Positions 1 to 12,510 of a DNA stretch of 64,000 nucleotides are shown in pieces. This DNA comes from Octopus sinensis. Its lineage: Eukaryota. The position numbers and the translations under genes are program-made. Below the pieces are notes generated by a model, which saw nothing but the letters and a program-made list of their open reading frames with translations, made no database searches and had not been told where the DNA came from. Each line of letters starts with the position of its first letter. Position 1 is the first letter of the stretch. The DNA lies in contig NC_042998.1 in assembly GCF_006345805.1 (NCBI RefSeq), positions 102,424,001 to 102,488,000 of the forward strand. Direction: 5' to 3'.

Positions 1-2576
1 TTGAGGATGGCGTCAATGACGAAGTGCTTTCTGTTATTATCGCTTAATACTAATTTACAGCTTTTATCGCTTTCAATATGTTATTTTTGCCATCTTCTTA
101 ATATCATCCACAGTTGTAACAATATCTGGCTCGCTTTGTTAACGAGTTTTGTGGTTTTGTTTCAGTTATTGTTTTGTTTATCCCCAAGTCAGTCACGTCA
201 CTTGAGTAGAATTAGAATGAAATGCATTCTTATCGTAAACATCACTTCTTTAAAAGTTTCTACGAATAAAGGCTTCATTTGCAGAATATTTGGTTGATAT
301 TTCTAGCGGACGGAGCTATCATGTACATAATTCTTTCAAATGCATGCATAGTTGTATGAACTCAATTTCCGTAGTAATTTCTCCCGCTAGGCTTTGAAGG
401 TATTATAAAATAAGATAACACTGATCGGTTCTACAGAGTTTTATATTCTGCAGTACCTATTCAAAGCTAAGTTAACTGTAACCTTCCTAGTCCCATTCCG
501 TTTGCAAATATTTATTGTTGTAGCACCATTTGTATATGATCACAAATGCAAAATATACATTATGCAGGAGGAAATATGTATCTTTTAAAAACACAAATCT
601 TTGAGCGGAATATAAATGTTAAATGTGTAACATATCTTTCACTAGCTGGCTGATTCTGTGCTACCTGTATCAAAGCATTTCTGTACGTACTTCTACTCTT
701 ATACTGTGCCGAATCTACACACGACACTGCAAAAGCTGGATGACCTACTATGATTGTTGCTTGTTCGCATTCTCATATTTGGGAAATCCAGTCAGTAATG
801 GTAATACAATTAGAAATGCTTGATCAGGTTTTTAATACTTTTGCACTCCGTACGCATATAAATTTGCCTACTTATATGCATCGTTCTTGATTTCATGAAT
901 TCCTTGTGCAGACTTCATATAGTGATTTTGCTTGATGTAAGTTATGATCTAATCGATTCCATGCAAAATCCAGTCCTATATTCCTCGGTTGTAGATTGGC
1001 ATTAAAATTTAAGTGTTAACCCCTCTAGAACATTTGTTGAAAGGGAAATATAGTGTGGGTTGACTAGCAAGATATAGGAAAATCTATATAAAATGTTTTA
1101 TTGACTTGCAAGTTATAGGAAAATCTGTACGAAAAGGTTTAAGAAGTTGTTCTAGTAAGTTGGAGCAACTAGAGTCAATAGACAAGAAGGAGAATAAAGC
1201 AAGAACAAGTACGTTTGGTAATTAAGTTCTTTTTGCTTTACTGTAACATCAGTTATTTCTGTATTCGTAGTCTTGTTCATAAAAAAAAAAATGATCTAAT
1301 GTATATTAGAAACCACACACAAATTGCTTATGTTTGGAAGGCATGAGACGTTAAGTTGTCCCATCTGCTACCAAAACAGCGATACATATATTCGTAATAT
1401 ATTCGATATTTCTATTTTCCATGTTCAACGTTTTACTACTCATTCTAATCTTACGGAGATAGTATTGTTATATTTTTTTCATGTGTTACGACGTACAAAT
1501 TTGACCGCATATGTTATACTAATTTTCTCTCTACTATCAATGTTAAAGTTCATACAAATAATCTAGTGAATTGAACTGATTACATTTTGGCTGTTGGCAC
1601 TCTACTAAGTTCAGAATTATCGTTCAAATATCAGCTGCCTCAAGATTTTATAAATTTGCCATTTCTAATTCATCATCACTTAATTCCACACCTATTTGTA
1701 TATTCCTTCTATTTGTATTGTATACCTTATTAATATTATTTGTCTTCTTTATCAATTCGATTTCATATGAATAATTTCTCTTAGATGAAACGTATTGAAA
1801 AGGAAGTAAATGTGCTAAGGATTTTTATAACGTCCACTACAAAAAATGATCATACCAGGAAGATGGTGATGATGACTCAAATGGAATATATTGCAAAGGT
1901 GGTTTATGTACACTGACGACATTAATCGCTATTTGCAATTGCTAATAGATCAGTTACAGTGAACGTGAATATAGAGTTTAAAATGGTTGTAAAGAAAGAA
2001 ATTTGCTTCAAACGTTAGTTGTTTTCAGTCCAGTTTTTGTATGCAAACATACATGAGCAGCTGGATAAAAGTAGTGATGCATGGACAGGCTTTAGACGAA
2101 ACAGTGAAAACTTCACCAAATAATTATTTTTCTCATTGGAGATATGGCAAACTGAAGATTTTTATAATCATATATATTCATATGCATTACGTATAACTTA
2201 TACTTCGTGATCGTTCACGATGCAGATACTTTTTCACAGATATGTATATTTAAATAAGTTAAAATGTATGCATTTGCTGATTTCCAAAGAGGGGAAAATT
2301 GTCACACCATGGGTGGATAGAGCTACAGTCACTAGAACTGCAGATTTTTTTAATGAATCAGGTGTAGTCTCTAATATCATGCTGTCATCTTAAAATCAGC
2401 GTTAAGCAAACTTCCGTGTGCATAATTCTGAATATCAAGTGGAGCTGCATATGTTACTATTACTAAGTGACATTAACGTATTGTTTATGATATATGTAAT
2501 ATTACCAATGAACACCTGGCAATAGTGCGTTGAAACAATTGTTGTGATAATTAATAAAGCCGCTTTGATCATTTTC

Positions 2577-2617
<41 letters not shown>

Positions 2618-2798
2618 AATTAGAAACAACCCACCTTTTATCAATTCAAAATGAAAAATTAAATTACACCATCTAGAAAATTACATATAATAGAAATATT
2701 AAATTTAAGATATATATAAGAAATATTAAATATTAAATATAAGATAAAAAATAATATACCGATGATTAAGTAATGTGCATATATATATATTCATATAC

Positions 2799-2863
<65 letters not shown>

Positions 2864-2882
2864 TCTTCTATTTTTTGATGAC

Positions 2883-2965
2883 ACATGGTCTAGTGGTTAA
2901 CGTATTGCACTCACGATTTCAACTCCTAGACCGGGTGGTGCGTTGCTCTGCGATCACTTCGACAC
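2883..2965 (+). mobile_element. Degenerate tRNA-derived SINE head
   Basis: catggtctagtggttaacgtattgcactcacgatttcaactcctagaccgggtggtgcgttg resembles an A-box/B-box tRNA-like head; follows a (TA)n tract. Confidence 0.4.
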
Positions 2966-3148
2966 CTGACGCATGGTACACCGTGCACCTGTTCAGACAA
3001 CGTCGATTTAATAGAGAGAGAGAGATGCATGGTATAAACAATTTAGTATTATAAACAAATCAATTGTGCAGGTCATACGTCGTGTTCAATGGGAGAGTCC
3101 ATTACACGCATACATACATACATATATACATACATATACATATATATA

Positions 3149-3232
<84 letters not shown>

Positions 3233-4199
3233 GTACATATAATACACATATATATTCACAGGTTCAACTTAACTGAATATACACTGAATATACATAGGCA
3301 AGTTCACCCTTACACACGCACACACACTCAAATGCACAGGTATTCAAGGATGTAGCACAACTGCTGTGCATCACTGCAGGGCATATCAAGCTGCATTAAT
3401 AGGAAGTTTACACGTGGCTGGCCAGAAACAGATAGTCATTTCTCACAATACATATGACCAACAGTTTCATGCATGGTCTATGTTTAATTTCACAATAGCA
3501 ATCTTTCGGAATATTACGTCTCTTTTCTAATCCGAAATAGCGTAAGGAAAATATCAGCTGAAATTGATTTCTTTAGCTTTACTTTTCAGTATGTAATTGA
3601 CGGACATCCTATTCAGGGTCTGTATGGAAAGCTGGGCTGGTTTCGCTGCTTTATATACGACATATGTGATAGTTTCGCACGTATTCTTTCTCTTTTTCTG
3701 GATAGGAAATGCCTGAAGTGTGAGTTAGGTGACAATCCTATAGATGGGGAATTAGATTACTGTATCGTTACAATCTCTTCCAATTAGTATTAGCGGTGAC
3801 ACTTCGCACTCAATACGTCACTTTTGATGTGTATCTCTTATAAGTGTTTATGCTGCAAACTTACATATTCAAAGTATACTCACAATATTCCTTATGGTGA
3901 TCGTTTGGAGAGAAATTTCGACAAGTTAATTTGATAAGATTTGTGATGCACGTGTAGTTCATGATAATTTAATTTACACACACTTCGTTAGATGTAAAAT
4001 ACGCGAGGTTAAATTAAACGCTATTTTTCTTATTTCCATGAACATAGATGCTTAACTATCACAATAACTTATTTGAAGACGATAAAATGAGCAGAGCTAA
4101 CTGAAGACCTCACTAGATATAATCACTCCAATTTGATCGGTTTCCTATTACTTTTAGTCAACACATGATATTCGAAAATATTGGAATAATGGTCTTTTT

Positions 4200-4400
4200 T
4201 TTTGTTTCATTCAGTAGACTGCGGCCATGCTGGAGCACCGACTTGCATAAATTTTTAGACAGATGGGACTACATCAGTACTTTTTTTTTCTTTTCCTCAA
4301 GACTGTTACTTATATTATTGGTCCTTTTGCCGAGCCGCTAAGTTACACGGAGTTAGCACAACAACAACAGTTGTCAAGTGGAGGTGGGGAAAAAGAGTGA
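4200..4400 (-). mobile_element. SINE-like repeat fragments
   Basis: ttgtttcattcagtagactgcggccatgctggagcacc is the reverse complement of a tail similar to 61530-61570 (cctagcatgtgcgtggtcaaatgcctgaaat); fragmentary. Confidence 0.45.
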
Positions 4401-4437
4401 CACAGTCGCGCGCGCACTTAGACACGTAAATTAACTA

Positions 4438-4821
4438 TCCCCGCTACCGAAACGGTAATTATTTCTACGCCAGCTGCTATGTTGTTGTTTTGTCTCATTT
4501 GGTCTAAAGTCGTATGACAACCACCGTTATATACATTTTGTTTTTTCATTACTGTTTTCAATTTCGTTTTCGTCTCTTGTATTCACATCCGTCTTGTGCG
4601 TTCACATTCCTGTCTTCTACCAAGAAATCTAATGCTTACAGCTTAGTTTTTTTTCTTGGGGCTGGCCGAGTTGGAGCAAATATCAGAATTGAACAGCCGA
4701 AATTTGCTATGATGATTCGGTGTCTGACTGAAGATTGAAGGCTTCGAATGATTTGTCTGTGTTCCGTGTTCGTCCCTTCCTGTATTTCACGTTCATTATA
4801 TATAAAAACATTCATTCTTAT
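4438..4821 (+). repeat. ~384-bp direct repeat, copy 1 (pLTR-like)
   Basis: Near-identical to 5152-5536 (differences only at ctaccaag/ctaccag and the T-run); related to the reverse strand of 57565-57730. Confidence 0.9.
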
Positions 4822-5151
4822 TATTGCGGCGTTACGTGCACCCCCCCCCCGTTTGTTTGTCCAATTTTAAACCCTGCACGACTTCTATACACACTGTCTT
4901 TTACTACCCGCCATTGCTTCTTCACCAAACTTTTTTGGCGCCCTCCGATTCTTCCCCTCTCTTCCTCCCATCCTCCTCCCCTCTTCCTCCCATCCTCCTT
5001 AATCCCTTCTCTCTCCTTCTCTCTTGGTCACTGATTCTGTCCCCTGCCTTCCACCCTCTTTGATTCCCTCTCTCTCTGTCTCTCTTTCTCTCTCTCCTGA
5101 CCTGCTGCTTCTTCACCATTCTGTTGGCCTTCGTATCTCGACCAACATGTG

Positions 5152-5645
<494 letters not shown>

Positions 5646-5775
5646 TATGAGAGATAATGGTGTCAAGAAGACCCAAAGGTGCCAGGTAATGCTGAGTAAG
5701 TGTGATGGACAGATTATAGCTAAGTTCCAGGTTCGTTGATTATACGAATGAGGCGTCCAACTTAGGTCATATATT

Positions 5776-5988
5776 CTTTTCTACTCTGAGCACAAGGCCC
5801 GAAATATTGGGGGAGGGGGCAGTCGATTAGATCGACCCCAGTACGCAACCGGTACTTCATTTATTGACCCCGAAAGGATGACACCCAAAGTCGACCTCAG
5901 TGGAATTTGAACTCAGAACGTAAAGACAGACGAAATACAGCTAAGCGTTTCGTCGGGCGTGTTAACGTTTCTGCCAGCTCGCCGACTA
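5776..5988 (-). mobile_element. tRNA-derived SINE (octopus-type) with target-site duplication
   Basis: Minus strand reads cggcgagctggcagaaacgttaac...gagttcaaattcc...gtcgatctaatcgactg...gagtagaaaag; flanked by aacttaggtcatatatt (5759-5775) and aacgtaggtcatatatt (5989-6005). Confidence 0.85.
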
Positions 5989-6020
5989 AACGTAGGTCAT
6001 ATATTAGGGTGCATATATGC

Positions 6021-7180
6021 ATAAAATTGATAGAATGAGATAAAAGTCCAAGGCAGTGAAAGTTTTCAGAACATTCATAAAGAGAAGGTCTTACAGCTGT
6101 TTCCGTGATATTTTATATATCCCTTCAGAGACGGTGTGAGAAATTGTTTAAGTACTATAGAGGAGATATGAAATACAGGGTGGAGTGGAGGAATGAAAAC
6201 AGACGTGAGCTATGTAAGGATATTGTATCTGCAGTTCCATTATTTAAGTAGAATGCCGTATATGCAATTTCCTGCATCAATTGTGTGAGTTCCAAATGGT
6301 GTTTATAATTGTTTATTCCAAGCATAGTCTTGGAAACGATGTTATTATATCGAAGGTTTTTTTTTTGAAGTGACATAAAAGGTGGGAATGTGTTCGTAAG
6401 GTCAAATCAAAAACAGGAATAGAAAGAGAGAGATAAAAAAGAGGGAGTGAGACAAAAAAGGTTTCAATAGAGAAAAGGTGTGCTAGCTAGTCGTCAGGAT
6501 AAAATGATAGAAGTAAGGGAGATGTGAGGGTGACAGAGAGAGGAAGAGATGAGGGGGTTAAGAATAAAGGAGTGTGAGATATATGATAAGGCATAAGTGA
6601 TGGACGGGGAGAGATGGTGGAATAAAGAATTGGGAATATTGGTTAGGTTGCTTAAAGGACAGGACATTGGTGAGCAGTAGAAGAATGTATATTTGTGAAG
6701 TTGTATACACACATATTCATACATGTATAAATAGATTTACATACATCAACACATACATACGCATACACAACGTTTGTATGTTGCATGCATTCACGTATAT
6801 AGACGCTCATTTGTGTCTAATTTTGTATATATAAAATTCTTACATACATAGATGCATGCATACAGGCTCGCATACGCGTATTAATATATGTGAGTGTATA
6901 CATATACACACGCACACACGCATATACTCATACACACACAGAGGCAGCTACGTGTAAATATAACTATATTTACACATTTTCAGTATATAAATTCTAGTTT
7001 ATATAACATATCTACACCTATAATCATATATATTCACATGTACCCACTTGTATGTTCTTATATGCATACACACACACGTACATACGTACACATGTATGCA
7101 GATATACGCATATAAATATATATATATATATATATACATAATGCATTCATATAGACAGAAGCGTACACATATACATACAT

Positions 7181-7214
<34 letters not shown>

Positions 7215-7570
7215 CACATACACGCATATGTATATACACACATATATATATATATATATATATAAATATTTAAATGATTGAGATCTTCAAGTATGAAAGA
7301 AGAATTAGATAAGGATTTGTAGATTTATAAGGTTATTAGAGATTACCTACGGGGTATTGTGCAAATGTACTGTGTGGTTGTTTAGGCATTTGAAATTGAG
7401 TGTGCGAAACAAGTGGTGGTTGTGTGTGCTTAGTGCCGCATTATGTTTATTTAGCAGTGTTGAAGAGTTGTGCTCTAATATGTGAAGAGCCTCCTTCAGG
7501 CAATGCTTCCAGGTTGAGCGTTGACCTTGGTAGGGAGGCCCTGAATGCATTATGGACAATGTTGTAATAA
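6021..7570 (-). mobile_element. Penelope-like element family A, 3' fragment (GIY-YIG C-terminus plus long tail)
   Basis: 7347-7560 translates to ...WKHCLKEALHILEHNSSTLLN..., resembling the PLE endonuclease C-terminus; the tail is the reverse complement of 9690-10945 and carries a hammerhead-like motif. Confidence 0.7.
6088..6132 (-). ncRNA. Decayed minimal type-I hammerhead ribozyme
   Basis: Minus strand gtct-ctgaagg-gatat.ataaa.atatc-acg-GAAA-cagctg-TA-agac; core lacks 3 nt relative to the 10833-10880 copy. Confidence 0.5.
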
Positions 7571-7699
7571 TACATACGCATACTCGCATGTATGAGCGCG
7601 TGTATGTACATATAGGTATGTTTATGTGACATATATATATACATGTGCGTGTGTGTGTGTGTATACTTGAACCTCTGTGTCTATATGTATGCATTATGC

Positions 7700-7735
<36 letters not shown>

Positions 7736-7796
7736 CATTATTGGTGAATTGAAGAAATGGAGCTGAACGCAGATTGAACAGAAATCGTTTTATTTC

Positions 7797-7878
7797 ATTC
7801 TACACGTGTTTCGAAAGGCACAAATTACCAAAATCCGATTGAATAATGGGACCATATTGTGTCTTTCTCTTCAGGAAG
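7797..7878 (-). ncRNA. Minimal type-I hammerhead ribozyme, canonical core
   Basis: Minus strand ttc-CTGAAGA-gaaag...ctttc-GAAA-cacgtg-TA-gaa: stem I ttc/gaa, stem II gaaag(a)cacaa/ttgtg(c)ctttc, palindromic stem III ACACGTGT, GUA cleavage triplet. Confidence 0.8.
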
Positions 7879-8487
7879 AAAAAAGGAAATCCGTTGGAAA
7901 AACAAAAACAGAACAGAGGCAGAGCAAAAAACAAATCGAACTGTGCTCCTAAGAGCCCATGGCGAAACTGTTTCAGTGTATGTTGAGAACCGGTGGCTGA
8001 AGAATTCAACAGGTCAGGCATCGGTCAAACATGTGGGTGGGGGTGTATAGATGTTCTTTGTGACCGAGAATAAAGTTCTGACTATTTAAAGAATATTGGA
8101 TGTTTTATAAGGGGCGAGAAAAAATCTACTTAGAGACGTGTGTGTGTGTATACTGTTCTATATATGTGTGCGTTGGCGTAGGGGTAGAAAACATTTTTTG
8201 TGTACGTGTGTGCGTTTGATCGTTCGGCTGTCAGTGGCTACTGCCGTGATAACCGTTGGGTGGCAGAAAGAAAAAAAATAAAGAAATTATATATATATAT
8301 TTTATGTTTTATGTGTGTGTGTGTTGTTCATCTAAGCCTACCTTGACAAGGAACCCCCCGCTGTGAAAAAACAAGCCCCGTTTGTCTTACAGGAGTAATT
8401 TCCCTTGCAGTGGTTAATTGTAGATATCTTAAAATCTATTTCAGAATTTGTTACCAAGGCTATGGGTGCCGGTCTTATTTATGAACG

Positions 8488-8976
8488 CTATTTAAAGGCC
8501 AGATAAGTGTAACGCCGCCAATGGGGGCATCGAAAAGCCGACTGTAAGAGCCCGTTTACCATCCGGCCTCTGGCAAACAAAATATGGAAGAGTTCGGAGA
8601 CACAAAGGTTGCACTGTCTTCTGCCCCTATCAAATGGGAGGGCCACCGACAAAATTGACCATTCCAGCCTATAGCTTAAGTTCGCATCCTTCAGTCGCCA
8701 TATTAGCTTACTGAGTCCCGTGGTCTGGCGCTTGTTCACGTCCCGAAAAGTTGCGTAATGGTTGGAGACACGCAAAGACAATCTTGAGGACGATGCCCCT
8801 ATATAAGTGAAGGCATCTGAGTCCGTGTAAACCTTGCATTGGTAGACGGCGTTTTTGATCTTGGAGTTCGCCGACGTGAATCTTACTCTGCTAGGATTGG
8901 TTTCTGAAATTAGAACTGCGTTCCTGTCACTATATTCGTTCCGAGACCTGCAGCCGCTTACTACTCTATTTTCCAC
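8488..8976 (-). pseudogene. GIY-YIG endonuclease domain of PLE family B
   Basis: NAVYQCKV...TYIGASSSRLSLRVSNHYATF...TTGLSKLIWRLKD...EWSIL...CNLCVSE...CPHWRRY; the upstream frame is interrupted by stops and a frameshift. Confidence 0.85.
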
Positions 8977-9689
8977 TACGTCACTATTAACTATAGGAAT
9001 AACCCCTGATTCTCACTCTATCAGAGCGCTGTCATTGCTACTGCCCGTGGTACTGCTATTGCGGGAATGATGCTGGGGATGCTAAAGGGGCTCTCTACCC
9101 TACTCCCATTGTTACCATCAACCACAACACCCCTATTTATAACTATACCCCTAGTGGGTACTCCCTGGCTGGAGCTGAGATTATGTGTCACTGTACTGGC
9201 TCTCATATCATTATTACTACTATTTATTCCTACTGAGCATTAAGCCGGGAGCGGAAGAGGCTGTGCCTCCGGAAAAAGGTGATAGGGTCTTAGTAAGTAG
9301 CCTATATTATGGGAGGCGATTATCTGGGCGAGGTTTTTAGTGTTGGAGAAAGCTATCCTAACTTTATGTGAGTTAACCGTGGAGTAATATTTGGAATTTC
9401 TGGGGAAGTTATTGGCGATGGCTTGTCTAAACATGAGGGGGAGGTTAGTTCTAATCTGCTTACCAAAGGGGATTACAACCATATATGCTTATTCCTATCA
9501 GTGTGATGGGTCGGGACGCCAGCTCTCGCATTTGGGTGGGTGATTCTCGGATGAATAACGGGTCTTGGGTTAGTGTAAGACCTCCCGGACCGATAATTAT
9601 CCTTGTTCGCTAAATTAAATGCGGGAGCGACTACCCCGGTATCCGCCGCGCTCCCGTCCTTACTTAAAATGTTAATGTTATTATATATA

Positions 9690-10945
9690 TATATATACAC
9701 ATGTGTGCCTGTATGATAGTGCATATATATATATATATTTATACGCGTATATGTGCATGTGTGTGTACGTATGTAGGTGTGTATGTATGTGTATATATGT
9801 GTATATGTATATACGTACGCGGATATATACGTATGCGTATATATACGTGTGTATGTATACATATATGAACATGCAAGAGGGTGCATATGAATATATATGA
9901 TTATAGGTATAGATCATTTATATAAACCAGGATTTATATACTGAGTATGTGTGGATATAGATATATTTACTCATACCTGCCTCTCTGTGTGTATGTGTAT
10001 ATGCGTGTGTGCGTGTGTATATGTATACACTCACATACATTTATACGTGTGTGCGAGCCTGTATGCATGCATCTATATATGCAAGATTTTATATATACAA
10101 AAATTAGACACAAATGAGCGTCTATATACGTGAATGCATGCAGCAAAGAAACGTTGTGTATGCATATGTATGTGTTGATGTATGTAAATGTCTATATACA
10201 TGTATATATGTGTGTATACAACTTCACAAATATACATTCTTCTATTGCTCGCCACTGACCTGTCCTCTAAGCAGCCTAACCAATATTCCCAATTTTTATT
10301 CCACCATTTTAATACACAGACCCCTCTCTCTATCCATCATTTATGCTCACAGCATATCTCACACTCCTTTACTCTTTACACCCTCATCTCTTCCTCTCTC
10401 TGTGTCACCTCACATATCTTCCTCACTCTGTCACCTCACATCTCTCTTCCTTTTATCATTTTATCCTGACCTCTAGTTAGCTCACCTTCTTTCTATTCAT
10501 TTCTTTATTGTCTCTCCCCCCTCTCTCTCTTTCTCTCTCTTATTGTTTTTGATTTGACCTTACGAACACATTCCAAAATTTTAAGTCACTTCAAAAAAAA
10601 ATTCGATCGAATAACACTGTTTCCAAAACTCTATGCTTGGAAAGACCAATTATAAACACCATGGGAACTCACAAACAACGTACAGGAAACTTGCATATGC
10701 ATCATTCTGCTTCAATAATGGGACTGCAGATACAATATCTTTACGTATCTCAGGTCTGTTTTCATTCTTCCACCCCACTCTGTATTTCATATCTCCTCTA
10801 TAACAACTATTACTTAAACACTTCCTCGCACCGTCTCTGATGAAGGTATGTATAAAATATCACGGAAACAGCTGTAAGACCTCTTTATAAATTTTCTGAA
10901 AACATTCACTGCCTTGGATTTTTATCTCATTCTGTTAAATTATAT
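9690..10945 (+). mobile_element. PLE family A tail, second copy (inverted relative to 6021-7160)
   Basis: Colinear reverse-complement match to 6021-7160, including the CA/TG-rich and CT-rich segments; clearly diverged, not identical. Confidence 0.8.
10833..10880 (+). ncRNA. Minimal type-I hammerhead ribozyme
   Basis: gtct-CTGATGA-aggtatgtataaaatatcacg-GAAA-cagctg-TA-agac: stem I gtct/agac, palindromic ACAGCTGT stem III, GUA site; stem II degenerate. Confidence 0.7.
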
Positions 10946-11167
10946 ATATATATATATATATAAAATAATTTAATCATAAAGAATATTTTAGTATCAGTTT
11001 CAGTGTTTGCGACATTTTCAACTTAGAGTAGAGCATGAAGAACAATTAAATTGTGGAAAGAGTAAATGAAATATCTTTTAAAAAATATTTCCATACTTTT
11101 CAAATGCAAGGAACATTTTATTTTTTCCTCTCTGTCTCTGTCTGCCTGTCTGTCTCTCTCTCTTTTT

Positions 11168-12510
11168 CTAATCACGCCCTTCGCCTCTACAATTATTTTT
11201 CCTTCCCTCTCGACCCCTCACGTCTCCTCTTCACCTTGGACATCAAATTTCTACCCAGCACCTCCACCCTTCATCGTCTTGCAAAGCTCGCTCTCACCCT
11301 CAACTGCTTTACGTTCGACGGGGAAATCTACCAATGATTGTCTGGCGTCATGATGGGAAAGGGAATGGGCCCAAATTCCCGCAACCTATTTGTTTGTCAC
11401 ATTCAGGCCAAAATATTCTCCCAGTTCTCTGGGCTGACCCCTGAGCTATACGGTTGCAACATAGACAACTGTATAGGTGCCACATATATCTCCCGTGAAC
11501 AACTCTGCCACTTCATCTCTTTCCTCTCTAACTTCCACCTCTCTCTCCAATTTATTTCTGCCATCTGTAACACTTCGGTTAATTTCCTTGATACCTCTCT
11601 TAGCATTGACCTCACCTCCCACTCTCTCGCCACTTCTGCCTTCTTCAAACCCACAGATACCCACCTCTACCTCAACTCCTCCTCCTCCCATCCCTTCGAC
11701 ACCAAGCAGGCCATCCCCTGCTCCCAGTTTCTTCGCCTCCGACTCTTGTGCAGCCGGGACCAGGATTTCGAGACCCAGTCCTAGTACCTTGCCCGCCTGT
11801 TCATGCATCGGGGATTTCCTTCAAACCCTGTCCAAACCGCTCTTGCCTTCGCTCGTCGAATCGATCGCACCACCGCCCTCTGTCATTCCCAACGCCAATC
11901 CCCTAATTGCACCCCCTTTTTCCTCCTTTTTAACCCCTCCACCATACACCTTCGGAGGGTCCTACGAGTCTTGCGTCGCCTCCAGCTCGATCCCACCACC
12001 CGCCCCATTTTCTCCAATGCACCCTTGTCCTCTTTTAAACGCGCCCGGAACCTACGCGATCTACTGGTCTGTAGAACCTTTTCCTCTTCCCCCTAGACCC
12101 ACCCGGATCCTTCCCATGGTCCAGATCCCGCTGCCACACCTGCCAACACCTTCACCACCAACACTATCTCTCTCACTGGTTCCAACCAGCACACTTTTCA
12201 CATCAGAAATTCCTTCTCTTGCACCTCTTCTGGCCTTATATACTGTATTAGATACAACCTCTATGGTAAACTATATGCCGGTTAGACGGACCGCCGGCTG
12301 GCCGACCGGTTCACCGAATATGTAAGGGATGTTAGGCTACGCTCGAACACCCCCGTTGGCCGTCACTTCCACTTGGCCAACCCATCTCTAACATCTCCGT
12401 GTTTGGCCTCATTCTGCATCACGGATCCACACACTCTCGACTCCGCCTGGAACAGCATCGTATTTTTAATCTACGAACAACTATCCAGTACGCACTAAAC
12501 ACAACCCTCT
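11168..12510 (+). pseudogene. Penelope-like (Neptune-type) RT plus GIY-YIG pseudogene
   Basis: RLLFTLDI, NCFTFDGEIYQ, GVMMGKGMGP, NIDNCIG (decayed YIDD), VNFLD, FFKPTDTHLYLNSSSSHP, SQFLRLRLLCS, KRARNLRDLLV, FSCTSSGLIYCI...YAG*TDRRLADRFTEY; several stops and frameshifts. Confidence 0.9.

Larger units (their letters stand above)
7740..9660 (-). mobile_element. Penelope-like element family B, 5'-truncated (RT thumb, linker, GIY-YIG, tail)
   Basis: 9240-9482 VIPFGKQIRTN...NNFP...KVRIAFSNTKNLAQIIASHN is the PLE thumb; 8488-8976 is the GIY-YIG domain; hammerhead in the downstream tail. Confidence 0.85.

Noticed and set aside
1-800. Possible decayed PLE reverse transcriptase on the minus strand
   Set aside because: Only faint motif resemblance (VYDK) amid many stops; not supportable without a search.
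11477-12325. 282-aa Pro/Ser-rich ORF
   Set aside because: Alternative frame of the C/T-rich Neptune-type RT pseudogene; the PLE motifs are in another frame.
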